A stretch of 64,000 bases of DNA, from the NCBI GenBank assembly GCA_951406725.2, contig OX597817.1, positions 52,018,001 through 52,082,000 of the forward strand, read 5' to 3'. The stretch comes from Octopus vulgaris (lineage: Eukaryota). Below, piece after piece: positions 63,290 through 64,000 of the stretch; the first letter of the stretch is position 1; every line of letters starts with the position of its first letter. The notes beneath the pieces are model-generated. The model had not been told where the DNA came from and did no database searches. It saw nothing but the letters and a program-made list of their open reading frames with translations. Made by a program: the position numbers and the translations under genes.

Positions 63290-63560
63290 TTCTAGTTCCA
63301 GAAGGAGACAGTGAGACAGTCCGTGGTCAGGTTCCAAATATTCTCAAAGACGCCAAGAAAGGAGATAGAAAATCCTGCTGAAACTATCGTGTAGCCTCTC
63401 AACTTGTTACTGTAGGAAAGATCTTTGCTGGAAAATTCTTGAACCGCTTCCAGATCATCGCAAAAAGAGTCCTTCCAGACTCCCACAGTGGTTTCCGTGC
63501 ATCCTGTGGACCCAAGGACATAATCCCTATACCTTGTTGCGATTACATTACAGATCAAAA
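63290..63560 (+). pseudogene. RTE-like LINE reverse transcriptase fragment
   Basis: KKGDRKSC*NYR...GKIFAG..LNR...VLPDSHSGFRA with stop codon and frameshift. Confidence 0.75.
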
Positions 63561-64000
63561 GTATTCTGAATGATATTCTGCAATGCATGTAGTCCGCTTA
63601 TCTCAGTCATTTTGTTATGCAAAGATCGCGAGTAAGTACTGAATAGTTTAAGTGGTATCAATTTCTTTTCTTTTTGAAAAGATCCAAAAAGGGATTTTAA
63701 CCTATTGAGTTATAGGGCCTGCTTCTTTTTTCTTTTCCTTTCTTTCTTAATTGTTTTGTCTTTTTTTTTATGGAATTTTCTACACAAATGTAGGTTTATA
63801 TGCTAATTAACGGAAAACGCATTCATTTTTGAGAGAAAACAATAACATTAAAGTTATAAACATTTAAAGATTGAAATTTTCAGTAATTTTAGCCAAATAG
63901 AAGAGTCCACCATTATCAACATATCAGAAATTCCAATTGCCATGTGTTGGCCGTCTAATAGGAAGCGCCCTGGTTTATGTATGTATGTATGTATGTATGT

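Overview
Eukaryotic, repeat-saturated, AT-rich genomic DNA with no intact protein-coding gene. The SINE families and microsatellite load suggest a coleoid cephalopod such as Octopus (inference from recall, not a database result). The window is a tRNA gene cluster. Bases 1-~26.7 kb form a rearranged tandem array of a convergent cassette: tRNA-Ile(AAT) on +, a decayed SINE, intron-containing tRNA-Tyr(GTA) on -, then a polypurine/microsatellite spacer. It holds 17 Ile loci (11 identical, 3 variant, 3 pseudogenes) and 12 Tyr loci (11 full-length, 1 pseudogene). From ~29 to 55 kb there are 7 further dispersed full-length tRNA-Tyr genes with near-identical exons but divergent introns, 2 more Tyr remnants and a decayed initiator tRNA-Met. 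One array copy carries a Tyr anticodon changed from GTA to ATA. The rest is SINEs, GG-terminal MITEs with 8-9 bp target duplications, hAT, pogo/Tc1 and Helitron-like derivatives, a 1.9-kb foldback element, and CRE-like and RTE-like LINE remnants. Most of the supplied ORFs are microsatellite or SINE artefacts. Coordinates were counted by hand; tRNA ends were checked individually, repeat ends are approximate.
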